Positions 13,679 through 25,900 are shown, counted from the stretch's first letter. The stretch is 64,000 bases of DNA from Ginglymostoma cirratum (GCA_024137785.1 JAHRHZ010000084.1:6845573-6909572), one strand, 5' to 3'. Program-made: numbers and translations. Notes: generated by a model not told the origin, from the letters alone.

Positions 13679-15772
13679 AACCCCAATATGGCTCATAAAA
13701 AAGTCAACAGATACTGAAAGATCATGAATGTATTTCTAATAGTTAATATTTAATGTCATGTCTCCATTTTCGGAGTTTTCATTCCACCAATCTAACTTTA
13801 CCTTTGTATGAGATCTTACTGATACCTGTCCTGATATTGCGCCCCTTGCTACTTAGTAACAATTACCCGTTGTAAATCGTAGTGAGACTTTGTTCTTCAA
13901 ACACCACAAATAATTACGACACACATTTGAGCCTGTATGTGACAATTTATTTCTGCTCCAGTGGTATCTATCTCTAACTTCGCTGGAAGATAATCACTGT
14001 AAGTCGGCACAAGGAAAACAGTGTCATACATAGATGGCAAAAACTCGCAAATCATTAGGATATAATGAGGGGAATCAATTGAAGTGACCAATCATTCTTC
14101 AACAACCAAATTGCCAACCGAAATTCGCAGCTTTCGATCAAGCCGACGCGAAGAGGAATTTCACATGTCTATGGCAATATTGAAGATCTCACAGTTATGG
14201 TTAGAGAGTATAATGAGCCATTTATTGGTATAACTTCCAGAACTCTGTCCTGAATCAGTTAAGATGTGAGGTCACCTTGCGTTTCCGGGCTTGACCTGTC
14301 ACCACAGGGGTTCTTGTGCTGCACTGATAGTTTCCCCACTTCTGAGCCAACAGAGCCAAATGAAACAGGCTGTAGTAATGATTCGTAAATTCTCTAAACG
14401 GGTTGATTGGAAAATAACAAAACCTGTCGTCTTTCCTACTCCACATTAAAATGAACAACGATAATTCGCTCAATGACAATTAGGGATGGACAACAATCTT
14501 GCCTTGCTTCTAATGTTCATAATGCTAGTTTTAAAAAAGCAAACAGACAGAATGATTCGCGTTTTAACGATTGACGAGCGAAGAGAGGTGTACTTGAAAG
14601 TAAAGGTCTAGGGTGTGTTTGCAATATTTTGAAGGTGGGAGAGAAGTGGCTCATAAAACATAAGGCAAGTATGTTATATTAAACTAGTCCCAGCCTTTAG
14701 ATGTATGCTCAACTCTGAGGGATGTCAAGGCCTTAAAGTGGACGTTAGAAGCTACTTATTGGAATGTTATTAGGGCTGAGAAACTTCAGTGATGTGGAGG
14801 AAGTGATGTTATTCTTGATAAAGATTGGCTGCATTCAAGATTGTGAAAAGTTTGCGTGGTATAAACTAGCATAAATGTTTTGAAGGCATAAACTAATTAG
14901 GATAAAACATATTCTATCAGCTAACCCGGTAACGAGAGGACAGATTGCTAAAAGCCCCAGATGTTTTTGAATTTCACAGTCGCAATGAGTCCCAGCCTAA
15001 CCGTTCCTGCTGAGGAACAAATGTTCGTGCAGATCCGTAGATGACGGTTACCACCCGGATTCCTGAATGACATTCGTCTACTAATTCAGTGCAAATAATT
15101 CTATTCAGCAAACTGCCACTTGCAACAAGCCACAAGTCTGAAAAACTTGGTCTTACTTTCAGTAAAGTTCCCTTGCTCCGTGAACGCTGTACAAGCTTGT
15201 TTCTGCTCGCCGTTCCACCTCCAGGTATCACCAAACGCATTGCTGTGATTATCTGTTGTGGTTTGAGTGGACTAATAGCTCCAAAAGAAAACGATCTGGA
15301 AATAAGTCTAATTGTCCTCATCAGCACTGCAATAGGAAAAAAGATGAATATAATTATCAATCCAATGGTTCCTGCTGGAAACTTGGGTGATCGGAGGATG
15401 TTAAAGATAATGGTGGCAAGAACCTCAGAGGTCCCAAGATAAGTAGTTGCTTACGTGAAGAGGAATCGTTTAGATGAAGGAGCTGGAGTACTGCGGCGTG
15501 TCCCTGTGGTGACTGAAAACAAAGCAAAACTGTCGATCTTCTGATGGAAACGTTTGAGCAGTAAATTAGGAGGGGACCGCCGACCTAACAAACTCCCACA
15601 GGGTAGTACAACCATAGCCAATACGCCGCATTAGTCATGTGATAAGTTATGTCATAATCTCAAGTTTAACATATTTAGCAATGAAACTCATTTGACCCAA
15701 ACCGACCCAAAACCAGTCAGAATTCTGTCCTCGTTTACAGCAAGTAGACCACTCTCTTTAATCGTTTGCAAT

Positions 15773-15827
15773 ATGTCATTGAGAGCAGCGGTTCTGTTCA
15801 TGGCGCTTCTGGTTATGACTTGGCCAG
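15773..15827 (+). CDS. Locus A exon 1: signal peptide (MSLRAAVLFMALLVMTWP, phase 1)
   Basis: ATG at 15773, 18 mostly hydrophobic codons, then G|GTACTC donor. Phase 1 matches the V exon. Identical copy at 57724. Confidence 0.85.
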
Positions 15828-16041
15828 GTACTCTTAAATGTTACGAAGTGCCCTCTTAGTGTAACTTAGACTGTATTTCATATTCACAGCCACTGTGCGT
15901 TGCAATGTTAGATTCTCTGCTTCTCCAATCCGATGCGCGTAATTGTTCTAAAACGTTTCTTGTATTTTGTTCCTCCGTTGTTTTGTCTATTTTGTAGTCT
16001 TCAGCTATTATTACAATTCTTACTTGTTTTATTTTTAATAG

Positions 16042-16347
16042 TCACTAAAGTAACTTCGAGCAAAGTAGAACAGTTTCCCAAACTCTTGAAGTCGGTCAAA
16101 GGTGACAACGTTTCCATGTTCTGCACATTTCCCATATCTGAAACTGTTCCTGAAGTATTTTGGTGGAGACGCAATGAGGAATCCTTTCTGGAATCCGACA
16201 GCAGAAAGCGATTCCATGTCCAGAAAGGAAGGGGCTCACTTCATATCATCAATATCACTGTTGCAGACTCCGGAATGTATTATTGCAAAATAAAACATCA
16301 GCAAACTCTCATTGGAGCTGGAAGTGGCTCGATGCTGACAGTATGCG
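16042..16347 (+). CDS. Locus A exon 2: V-type Ig domain with germline J-like G strand
   Basis: TTTTAATAG acceptor, G|GTAAGT donor, 306 nt. Motifs MFC, VFWWR, SLHIINITVADSGMYYC and GAGSGSMLTV. Confidence 0.93.
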
Positions 16348-17781
16348 GTAAGTGACACTTCCAGGGGCAGACAACTCTTCAGTTGTTTGGTGTAATTTAT
16401 GTGACGTGAGGTTTTATAATTCGATGAAAATACAATGATGGTGTATTCACTTCACACCTTCATGGGGATCTCTTCCCCGTTGACTTCGCTGTACAACGGT
16501 CTTTGATTTGCTTTCGCCTGTTTTGTGCCTTTTTTCAAGATTAATTCCACTGCTCACTGCGATCATGACTGCACAGTGCCGTTAATGTGATGAGTGCAGA
16601 AACGGTTTATCTTGCGTCAAGATAGTGAAACAGGACAACAAATCAAATCTTGGGGTGAAATTAATTGATGAAATACCATAAAATAATGAACTGCGGAGGC
16701 TAGAAATCGGAAAAAAAAGAAATTGCTGGAGAAACTTAGAATGTCTGGCCGCATCAAGTGTAGAGTCGCCAAGCGTTTTAACTGTACATTTTTCCAATAC
16801 TAGGATGCTCGAAACGCTAACTTTTTTAAAAACAAATGAATAGCAGGATCCAATAAGAGGGAAATCTTTGATCTGGCCCTAAACATTAGATTCTATCCCC
16901 AGTCGTGAAGTTTACAGGACAGTGAAGGTACCCACTTCGTCTGTGGTTCGCCAACTGGACTTTCTGTGATGCATGCACAACAGGGATAGTGAATGAAGGA
17001 CTGTACCAATCATACATAAAGACCTCTGGGATCCTGTGTTTGTAATTTATTATTTCGATGCAGCGTGACTCACGACCGGAGACCAAGATAATACTTTTTT
17101 TTGTCCAAATGGGATTTCTGTAATATCTAAAGCAGATCTGTGGGGAAAATTGAAAAATTCTCTACCTTTGATGGCAATAAAAACTCGCATAAATTTGGAA
17201 ATGAATAAAATATCTCACTCAAACTCAAGCACCATAAACATGCCGAGAAGACATGTTAAGAATATTTGTTATAATAAACAGTAGAACAATACAAACCCAG
17301 GAACATTACTTCCACCTAAGCATTAACTGCGGATCGAGAGGGTGCATGTTTACTTTAGTAATTCGTTAAGGTGGAATTGATATTTCGATGGGGTGTGGGT
17401 AGTTCAGGCAAAGGCGGAAATACGAATCACTTCTAATTCCCCTGTTTACACCAGGGAGAATCTCCTCCAGGGAAAGAAAAAAACATGTCCAACAAACGAA
17501 TGCACTTTCAGATGGACAAATCCCTTAGAATTATTTTAAATCCTCCACTTTACCAAAGGTTTTCCGCCCGGGTTCACCTTCGCTGTGCATTGTTTGAAAA
17601 ACATCCTAACATTATGCCGTGTATTTTTAAAAATAAATGCAAAGACCAAGGTTAAAATACGATAACAAGGAAAACTGTTATCGCATCATGAACAATGTGG
17701 GATGGATGGGGGTGCGGACGCAGTGGAGAGGAGGAAACAAAAGGGGATGTTCGTTAATTAAAAAAAAACTTTCTGTTATAG

Positions 17782-18078
17782 TTCCCCCTACCGACCTGAA
17801 AATCATTCCCGTTGAAGGAGCTTCAGGGAATTACCTGAAATTCGAGTGTAAAACGACTGCTTTTTACCCTGAGGATTCAGGAATCTCCTGGCTAAGAGAT
17901 GGTGTTAAAATTCAGGCTGGAATAGAAACTGTGATAAACAAGACCGTGGATGGCCTTTATGAAGTTACTAGTTCATTGGAAGAAACACTGCCTGCGCAGA
18001 GCAGCGCAGTTTATACCTGCCTGATACCTCACGAATGTCTTAAGGCACCCGCCAGCGTCAGCTACACTTTTAATCGAG
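17782..18078 (+). CDS. Locus A exon 3: C1-set Ig domain
   Basis: TTATAG acceptor, G|GTAAG donor, phase 1-1. C1 signature: ECKTTAFYPEDSGISWLRDG, DGLYEVTSSL, YTCLIPH. Confidence 0.93.
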
Positions 18079-19488
18079 GTAAGATTGAACATGTTCCCAA
18101 AATGGAATTGGGGTCTGTGATGGCGGCGGGGTGGGAATCGGGTAGGAAAGAACTTAAACGTGTACTTTTAAGGCGTGTAAGGGTGACCGGTGTTCATTCG
18201 CAATGCCACAGAAATGGAAACAAAACAAAATATTTTAAGGTCGCTTGCTGACACAGAAGGGTGAATCGGTCTCTGAATGACCTGAAACGGGAGGTTGACG
18301 GGAAAACTGCTCAGACGTTGATAAATCGACAACATTTAATTGCTGAGTGAAATGAAAGTTCATATTAAATAGATCCATTCCGCCTGAGTACCTTTTACAA
18401 GCGGTACATGTATATTGTTTACCCTGTCCAGCAAATCTCCGCCAACAACGTCTTCAGTTGTCTGTATCCTAAACTTGGAAAATTCCGGCCTCTCCCTGTA
18501 CCGCTGTGGTTTTCCTTGTTTAGGACGCTTCTTCATCCTTATTTCTCTCTCTCCTAGGACTACTTTATGTATGGCTGATAACGCCCTGTGAAGTGTCTTA
18601 GAATTATTTTTAACACAGCTAAAGGAGCAGTATAATTGCAAATTGCTGTTGTTACATATACCAAAAGTGTCAGTCGGTTTTGTCCGAGAAGGCTGGAGAA
18701 GGGCGTCATAAAGCATACAAAATCCTTTCAGGGCTTGCCAAGCTAAATAAGGAAAGGGTATTTCTCCTGGATGATTGTCTAGAATCGAAAAAAAAACGTT
18801 TCAAAATAAGGGGCAGGTCATTTAGGACTGAGGTGAAGAGGAATTTCTTCAACCACAAACTTGGGAATTCAGAACCACCCTCCCCTGCCCCGCACCGCTC
18901 CCCTCCCCACACTCCACCGCAATGCCGGAAACACTGGGCCAATCAGGTTATAAAATACTGAGATCGACAGATTTCCAAACGTTAAATGATATGTAAATAT
19001 CGCAAGTAAATAACGCTGAGGAAGTTCAACCATGATATAGTTGAATGGTGGAGCGTGCTCGAAGATCCCAGTGTCTCACTCGTCCCTGTCTCTATGTTCC
19101 TTGGTAACCGAAATTAGGAATTGACAACTTTGCCAGATCTTGCAATTGTTGTTCATCTGTCTGGTTTAAGACAATGAGTAAGTAAGTGCAAATTCCTTTA
19201 CTTACAGCAAACAACCCTCCTATGCAGCGAGGTGGTTCTCGCTGCTTTAAGTCATGAAATGTGTCTTCTCCATAAAATGCATGCTGAGCTGCTGAGTTGA
19301 CGTCCTCTGATGCACTTTACCGCCCTTGTGTAGTTATTCCCATCGAAATTAAAACGCTCCAACTTGGCTAATGGCAGGGTTATGCTGGGAGACATCTTTG
19401 TAATTCGTTATCCTGTACATGATGCTCTGCGCATGTAACTCGTTGTGTTTCACAATTGTTCACTTCCATCAATTGTTGATCCCTGTAG

Positions 19489-19593
19489 GTGAAGATATCA
19501 ATCTTCCGCTGATCGTTGGATGTGTCGGAGGGACATTGGCAATGTTACTATTCATAATATGTTTGATGACACACAAGTTGAAGGCATGGGCTG
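19489..19593 (+). CDS. Locus A exon 4: transmembrane segment (GEDINLPLIVGCVGGTLAMLLFIICLMTHKLKAWA)
   Basis: CCCTGTAG acceptor, G|GTAAG donor, phase 1-1. About 22 hydrophobic residues with no charge, followed by a basic stop-transfer. Confidence 0.88.
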
Positions 19594-19924
19594 GTAAGAA
19601 CCTTTCTTATTTTGCTGGGTACCTTTTATTTCCTTAGATCCAGCTTAAAAGCATGAAGAGCGTGTGATCAATCAAGGGCTGTGACTTCACATTGTGCAGA
19701 TGAGAGCCTAACGCAGATCTGAAATGCAAACATTTCACCTTCTTACCCGAACTATACACTTGACTTTTTCATGACCATATTGCTACAATTGAAATTATTA
19801 TTCAGTGCGGATCTAGTTCCTAAACAGGAAAATTTCTGAATCAGATTTTGACTTTCGGCATTAAAGTGAATGTTTTCGAACTGACGACTAGATACGCACA
19901 TCTACAGATTTTATTTCCGTTGTA

Positions 19925-21285
19925 ATGTTGTGGCGTCAATGGGCCGCCGACCCACATTTTGCACTATCACACGGAGACAAACTGTCCATCATTGGGTGCA
20001 GCGCAATGTGAGCAATGAACAGATGGAGCTGGTGCGTTTCATTGCAAATTTTTCGTCACCCTGCGAGGTAGTATCGTCAGTGCGCCTCCGTCGAAGAGTC
20101 GGTGTTCTGACCCGCTTGTTATTTATATACCTCAGTTTGTTGGGGTGTTTGATACCACTTCCGTTTCTCAGTGGTTTGTACACCGGGTCTATTTCAACGT
20201 TTTTGTTGATGGAGTTCTGGTGAGAATACCAGGCCTTCTGGAATTCCCTAGCTCGTCTCTCTTTGGTTTGTGCGATTATGGATCTGTTTTCCCAGTCGAT
20301 CTCGTGTCCCTCGTTGTCACCGAGTGTAGTGAGAGAAGTGAGAATTGGTCGTGTCTCTTGGTGGCTAGTTGGTGTTCGTGTGTCGGTGTTGTCAGTTTTC
20401 TTCCGGTTTGGCCCATGTCGTGTTACTCACATGGGCCTTGCATGGTATTTTGTATGTTACACAGGTTTTACTGGTTTTGGGCATGGGATCCTTTACATTC
20501 GTCTGTCTCCGTCGTAAGGTGGTTGTTAGTTTGTGGGCTGCTCTGATACTTAGGGGTCTGAGTAGTCTTGTGGACATCTGTGAAATGTCCTTGATGTAAG
20601 GTAGGGTGATTAGTGAGTCAGGTCGTGTTGTGCTCTGTCTCGGAAGTAACGGCGGGTTGTGCTATTTGGATATCTATTCCTTTTGAAGACTCCGTGTAAG
20701 CGCTCTGTTCTGCTTTATGTCGTTCTGGGCTGCTGCAATGTGTTGTCGCTCGTTTAAATAGTGTCCTAATGCAGCTCGTTGGTGGCTTTGGAGTGGCCGC
20801 TAGTGTAATTGAGTATCTGCTCCGTATGTATGGTCTTTCACATACGCTACTCTGGAGTTTCCCGTTGTTTTTGCGTCCTACCATTGTAACCAGGAAGGGT
20901 AGTCGGTTGTTGTCCTCTTTTTCTTCTGTGAATTTTATCCCAGTGAGGAAGTTGTTTATGTGTCGATGGGTTTCTTCTAGTTTTATGCATTTGATAATCT
21001 CGAAGGTGTCATCTACGCTTTGGATCTAACATTTGGGTTGTAGAGTGGGGAGCGCTGTCCATTCTAACTTTTTCACGACCCCTTCTGCAATCATTCCTGA
21101 TATTGGGGATTCCATTGGTGTGCCGTTGATTTGTTTGTATATGCCGTCGTTGAAGGTGAAGTGGGTTATGAGGAACAGGGCTAGTAGTTTCATGATGCTG
21201 TCCTTGTCGATGTTTTTGGCGTCCTAGAGTGCCTGCCTACTTGATTCGTCCGGTAGTGCGGCAATTGTTTCTTTGGCCAGACGAT
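19925..21285 (-). mobile_element. Penelope-like retroelement fragment (RT C-terminus plus GIY-YIG) in intron 4 of locus A
   Basis: Minus frames: YKQINGTPMESPISGMIA, CIRTLFKRATTHCS, TLPYIKDISQMSTRLLRPL, VTYKIPCK. Confidence 0.85.
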
Positions 21286-21435
21286 CTCACTGCAGTTAAT
21301 ACTGCTGAACACCTACGGAAGGTAGGTTTTCGTACTAAGTAAAAAAGTAAATGTTTCTAGCAACGAAAGCATGACATTAGATTTTCTGATACATTGATTC
21401 CGTTATTCACAGTAGATTTCTTTGCTTTCTATTAG

Positions 21436-21479
21436 GCAAAGGGATAAATTCGATGGAAGCAGGTCAGAATGACGAGCTG
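21436..21479 (+). CDS. Locus A exon 5: short cytoplasmic exon (GKGINSMEAGQNDEL)
   Basis: TTTCTATTAG acceptor and GTAAGG donor. 44 nt converts phase 1 to phase 0, as needed to join exons 4 and 6. Confidence 0.72.
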
Positions 21480-22409
21480 GTAAGGCAACATTATTCTTTT
21501 TATTCCTAACAAAAATGGTAGAGGAGGTGGGCTCATGGGAAAGATAGTAATGGATTTTATATTCAGTCGAAATTATTTAGATTTCATAGAACACAGAATT
21601 CTATAGCAAGAGATGCATCGCCTGCGCCTCTGCTGCCTCTATGAGATGAGTCAATTTATCCACTCTCACGTTGTTTAGCTATTTATCTGATTTTTCGTTT
21701 CAATCTAATTTCCCCTTGAAGGTTCCTATCGAATCTCTTTCTGTCACTTTCTGTTGATGGGCAGCTTACTGCAACGGGCTGTAGAAAAAGATTCTTCCTA
21801 GACGACAAGGGACCCTTTCAGCAAATCTCTTGTTATACGCCCTCGAAAACCTTGGCACCTTCAAAAAGTAGTACCTGCAGTGAGTGGTTCAAAAGATCTC
21901 AGGTCTTTCTGCGCTGTATGCTGGCTGCAGTGCGTGTCGGAGGTAGGGGGTGGGTGGGAGCAGATGGGTGCAATAACGGTTGTAGAAATGTTAGAGGAGA
22001 CTTTTGTCAGGAATTGTTGGTCGCCACTTGGGGGATATAACTTTACAGAAGTGTAACGAGAACAGACTAACGCTTCGCTGTCATCTCTTCTATCAGATTT
22101 GGCTAACTATGGAATAGGAAGACTACCTCGCCACAACAAGGTCAAAGAGAGTTAGAGATAAATGACGGAATAATGAATATCTATTATTCATTGGCTAGAT
22201 GTTAAAATGTAGGGGAATACATTAAACGCTCTGCGTTTCATACTTAGCATGTTACTCCGCACCACATTGGCGATATATTAGGCGCAAATCATTGAGAATT
22301 GCCAGAATACAATTGCGACATTGATTGTCTGCTGTCTGTATATTTACCTTCTCAGGTTCAATTCCAATCGGTGATGTTTGGCTAAAAAAAAATCAGATTC
22401 GCTGCTGTT

Positions 22410-22882
22410 ATAGCCATAGAGTCACACAACCCGGAAACAGACCCTTCCGACCAACCAGTCCATGCCGAACGCATTCCCAAAATAAAATAGTCCCACCTGC
22501 CTGCTCCTGGCCCATATCCCTCTAAACATACCCTATTCATGTACTTATCTATTGTCATTGTACCCACATTCACCACTTCCTCAGGAATTTCATTCCACAC
22601 GTAAACGATCCTCTTTGGAAATAAACGGCCTCCATTTTTTGACATTTCTCACCTCTCACCTTAACATGTCCCCGCGGTCTTGATTTCCCCTCTCTAGGGA
22701 GAGGACAACTACAACTAACTCCATCTATTCACATCATTATTTTATAAACTTCTATAAGGTCGCCACTCAAACTTTTTTGCTCCACTGAAAAAAAATCCCA
22801 GCCGAGCCACCTTTTTTTATAACTCAAACCATCCATGCCCAGCAATCTCTGGTAAATCTCTTCTGAACTTTCTCCAGCTTTA
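22410..22882 (-). mobile_element. CR1 LINE 3-prime fragment
   Basis: Minus ORFs RIVYVWNEIPEEVV and LSGDLIEVYKIM. Confidence 0.8.
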
Positions 22883-22908
22883 AGTATTTCATACATTTTT
22901 TTCTCTAG

Positions 22909-23019
22909 CTTAGACAAGGAACAACTGAAGAAAATGTCGTCTATGCTACTGTAAACTTGACAGATAACAAAGGAAAATCCAAACACAGGCACAAAGAAGA
23001 ACACATTGTCTATTTCCAG
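22909..23019 (+). CDS. Locus A exon 6: cytoplasmic ITIM exon (LRQGTTEENVVYATVNLTDNKGKSKHRHKEEHIVYFQ)
   Basis: TTTTTTTCTCTAG acceptor, CAG|GTAAG donor, 111 nt, phase 0-0. Contains ITIM VVYATV. Confidence 0.85.
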
Positions 23020-23919
23020 GTAAGATGGAGAATTGTCAAATATGAAATATCCATGTTACACCCATGTGAGGTCAACACTGCGACAATGGAGTCATTTTTT
23101 AAAAAAAGGCACTGCGCAGTATTAAGGGAAGAACGTCTTTTATTTTTATTTTATGGAGCAGGGCAGGCAGTGGTAATCCAGATGCCAAGGTTAAAAATAT
23201 GAGGACACAACAAGGTCAAGTAGGGCTAGAGATAAATGAGGAAATAATAAATATCTATTATTCATTGGCGATATGTTAACATGTCGTTGAATGCATTAAA
23301 CGCTCTGGATTTCATATTTAGGACATTACTCCGTACCACTGGAGCAGCTAATGAAACTTAATCGGAATCAATAGATTTGGAATGTAAAGCTAGCCTCAAC
23401 GGTGTTGATCATGCGAACTGTCATCAATTGTATCAGAAAAAAAATACAGGGCATTGGTGAGAACACATTCGAAGTATTGTGTACATTACTGGTCACGATT
23501 TTGATGGAAATATATTAATTCATAGAAAGCAGCGCAGGGAAAGTTTACTAGACTAATACCTGGAATGAGTAGATTCTGTTACGTGACCTTACGTTGATAC
23601 GACATGGGTTTGCTAATGGACTTCAGGGAACGAAAACGATCATCCTTACCTGGTCTGCACTACGTGTGGGTCCAGGGCCACAGCAATGTGATTGATTCTC
23701 AACTGCAATCTGGGCAGTTCGGGGTGGGAAATGACTGCTGACCTAACCAGTAATGCTCACATATTATGAATGAATTAACAAAATAGAAGAAATCCGTTTA
23801 GACCATCGAGTCTGCTTCGCCATCCAACGAGATCAAAACGGATCTGACAAGCCTCTATTCCACATTCCTGCTTCTTCCCTGTAACACTTTATTTGTTTGT
23901 TAACTGGAGACACAGAAAG

Positions 23920-25900
23920 CCATAGCGTCATAGAGCCGTACAGCACGGAAACAAACCCTTCGGTCCAACAAGTCCGTGCCAAACATAATCCCGAACTAAA
24001 CTAGTCCCACCTACCTGTTTCTGGCCCATATCCCTCCAAAACTTTCCTGTTCATATATCCATGGAAATGTTTTTTTAAGCGTTGTAATTATACCCGCATC
24101 CATCACTTTACCCAAAAGTAGATTACACACTCAAAGCATCCTCGATGTAATGAACAATGCCGCATGTATTTTTAAGACTCTCTCCTCTCACCTTAAAAGC
24201 TTGCCCCTTATTCTTGAAATTCCCCATCTCAGGGAAAAGACAACTACCATCAACTCTATATATACCTTCCATTATTTCAAAAACTTCTATCAGTTCACCT
24301 CTCAACCTCCTATGCTCCAGTGGAAAAAAAGAAGTCCCAGCTTATCCATTCTTTCCTTACAACGTAAATCTATCAATTTAGGTTTGAGTGTTCTTAAGCT
24401 CTTAACTAAGACAATCTTTTATACGAAATAATTTGACAGATTCACTACCCTCTCAAAGAAAATACATCCTCATCAGTTTTAAATTTGCAACCACTTATTC
24501 TGAGATTATGCCCTCTGAATCTGGACTCTCTCACATGGGATGCAATATCTCCACGTCTGTTCTGTCAAGTTCCCTACGAATGTTATATGTTTCAATAAGG
24601 TTACCTCTCCTTCTTCAATGACACCAGGACCAGCCTACTCAACCTCTCCTCACAAGAGAGTTTCATAAGAGATGAACCTTGTCTGGACTACCTCTAATGT
24701 CAGTATGTCTTTTCTGAGATCAGGGGAAGGAAACAGCTCACAATATTCAGCCATAGCCTAACTAGTACCTCGTATACTTTTGGCCTATTTTTATACCCTA
24801 TTCCCTTTGCAATGAGACCCACATTTCATTTGCCTTCTGAAACGTACTCAAATTGTGTGCCATCTCTTTTTTTGTGATTCATGCATGAGTAATCCCGAAT
24901 CCCTCGGCTCCATGGCTTTATGACGTCCTGCATTTAAATAACATTCAGCTCCTCTATTCCTCCTTCCAAAATGCATAATCTCATATTCCACATTATACTC
25001 CATCTGCTAACTCTTTGCCGATTCATGTGTCCTCCCTATATCCCTCTAAAACTTTTTGTGTCATCCTTATAACTCTGTGTCCCACCTACTTTAATGTTAT
25101 CCATGAACTGGCTGTTGTGCATGCACTTTCTGCCTCCAAGTCTTTCATATATATGTGTGGAAAAAATGTGGCCCTAGCACTAATCCTATTGCCAATTCAC
25201 AAATTCCAGATTTATATTCTGAAAATGCCCTACCCCCATCCCAACTCTCAGTGTTTTATTCATTAACTAGTGCTCTAACCATATTAATGTACTACCTCCG
25301 AGGCCATAGGTTTTTACAAGTAACCTAATGTGTGGTACCTTAGCAAATGCCTTATGAAAATCCAAATATATTACATCCACTACTTCTCCTTTATCTGTCC
25401 TCATATTTACCTCCTTACAGAATTCTAATAAAATTATAAGGCATGATTACCCCTACGTGAAGCCATGCTAACTCTCCTACTTCTAAATACTTTATAACAG
25501 ACTGAAGAATTCCCTCCAAAATGGATGTTCAGCGAACAGGCCTGTATTTGCATATTACTGTCTCCTTCCCTTTTAAATAAAGACGTTGGTTTGGCAAATT
25601 TCTAACCCTCTGGGAGTCTTTTATCTCAAAATCTAAGCACTTCTGGAAGATTACTACTGGTGCATCCAGTACTATGGTTACTTTCTTTGATATCCGAGGA
25701 TGCATCCCATCAGGTACAGCGTACTTATTAGACTTATGCCTCATCAGCTCCCACCCCCCACACACATGTTTTCTCCAGTGATAGTTATATTTATTTCATC
25801 TCCTCCTTTTGTCCTTGAATATTTAATAATTAGGTAAGCTATTACCGTCTTCTACTCTGAAAACTAATTCAAAGTATTCATTCAACACCTCGACTGTTTC
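23920..25900 (-). mobile_element. Nested or adjacent CR1 LINE fragments in intron 6
   Basis: MRGELIEVFEIMEGIYRVD and PDGMHPRISKK, both CR1 RT-region motifs. Confidence 0.75.

Larger units (their letters stand above)
6081..18930 (+). repeat. Segmental duplication copy 1 (upstream region plus exons 1-3 of locus A)
   Basis: Colinear with about 50867-62070 across unique sequence, with copy-specific indels. Boundaries approximate. Confidence 0.9.

Noticed and set aside
14974-15442. Overlapping 117-128 aa ORFs repeated at 56935-57403
   Set aside because: Conservation is explained by the near-identical duplicated tract; no recognisable domain or splice structure.
16572-16612. CACAGTG heptamer downstream of the V exon as a possible RSS
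   Set aside because: No ACAAAAACC-like nonamer at 12 or 23 nt spacing. It is intronic, about 220 nt from the exon, and reads CACAGCG in the paralog. V and J are already fused.
17637-18251. 204-aa ORF as a single-exon protein
   Set aside because: Only 17782-18078 is bounded by splice sites and conserved in frame in the paralog; the flanks are intron read-through.
21296-21321. Candidate extra exon (CTGCAG|TTAATACT...GAAG|GTAGG)
   Set aside because: Including it would put the next exon out of phase; it sits at the edge of the Penelope insertion.
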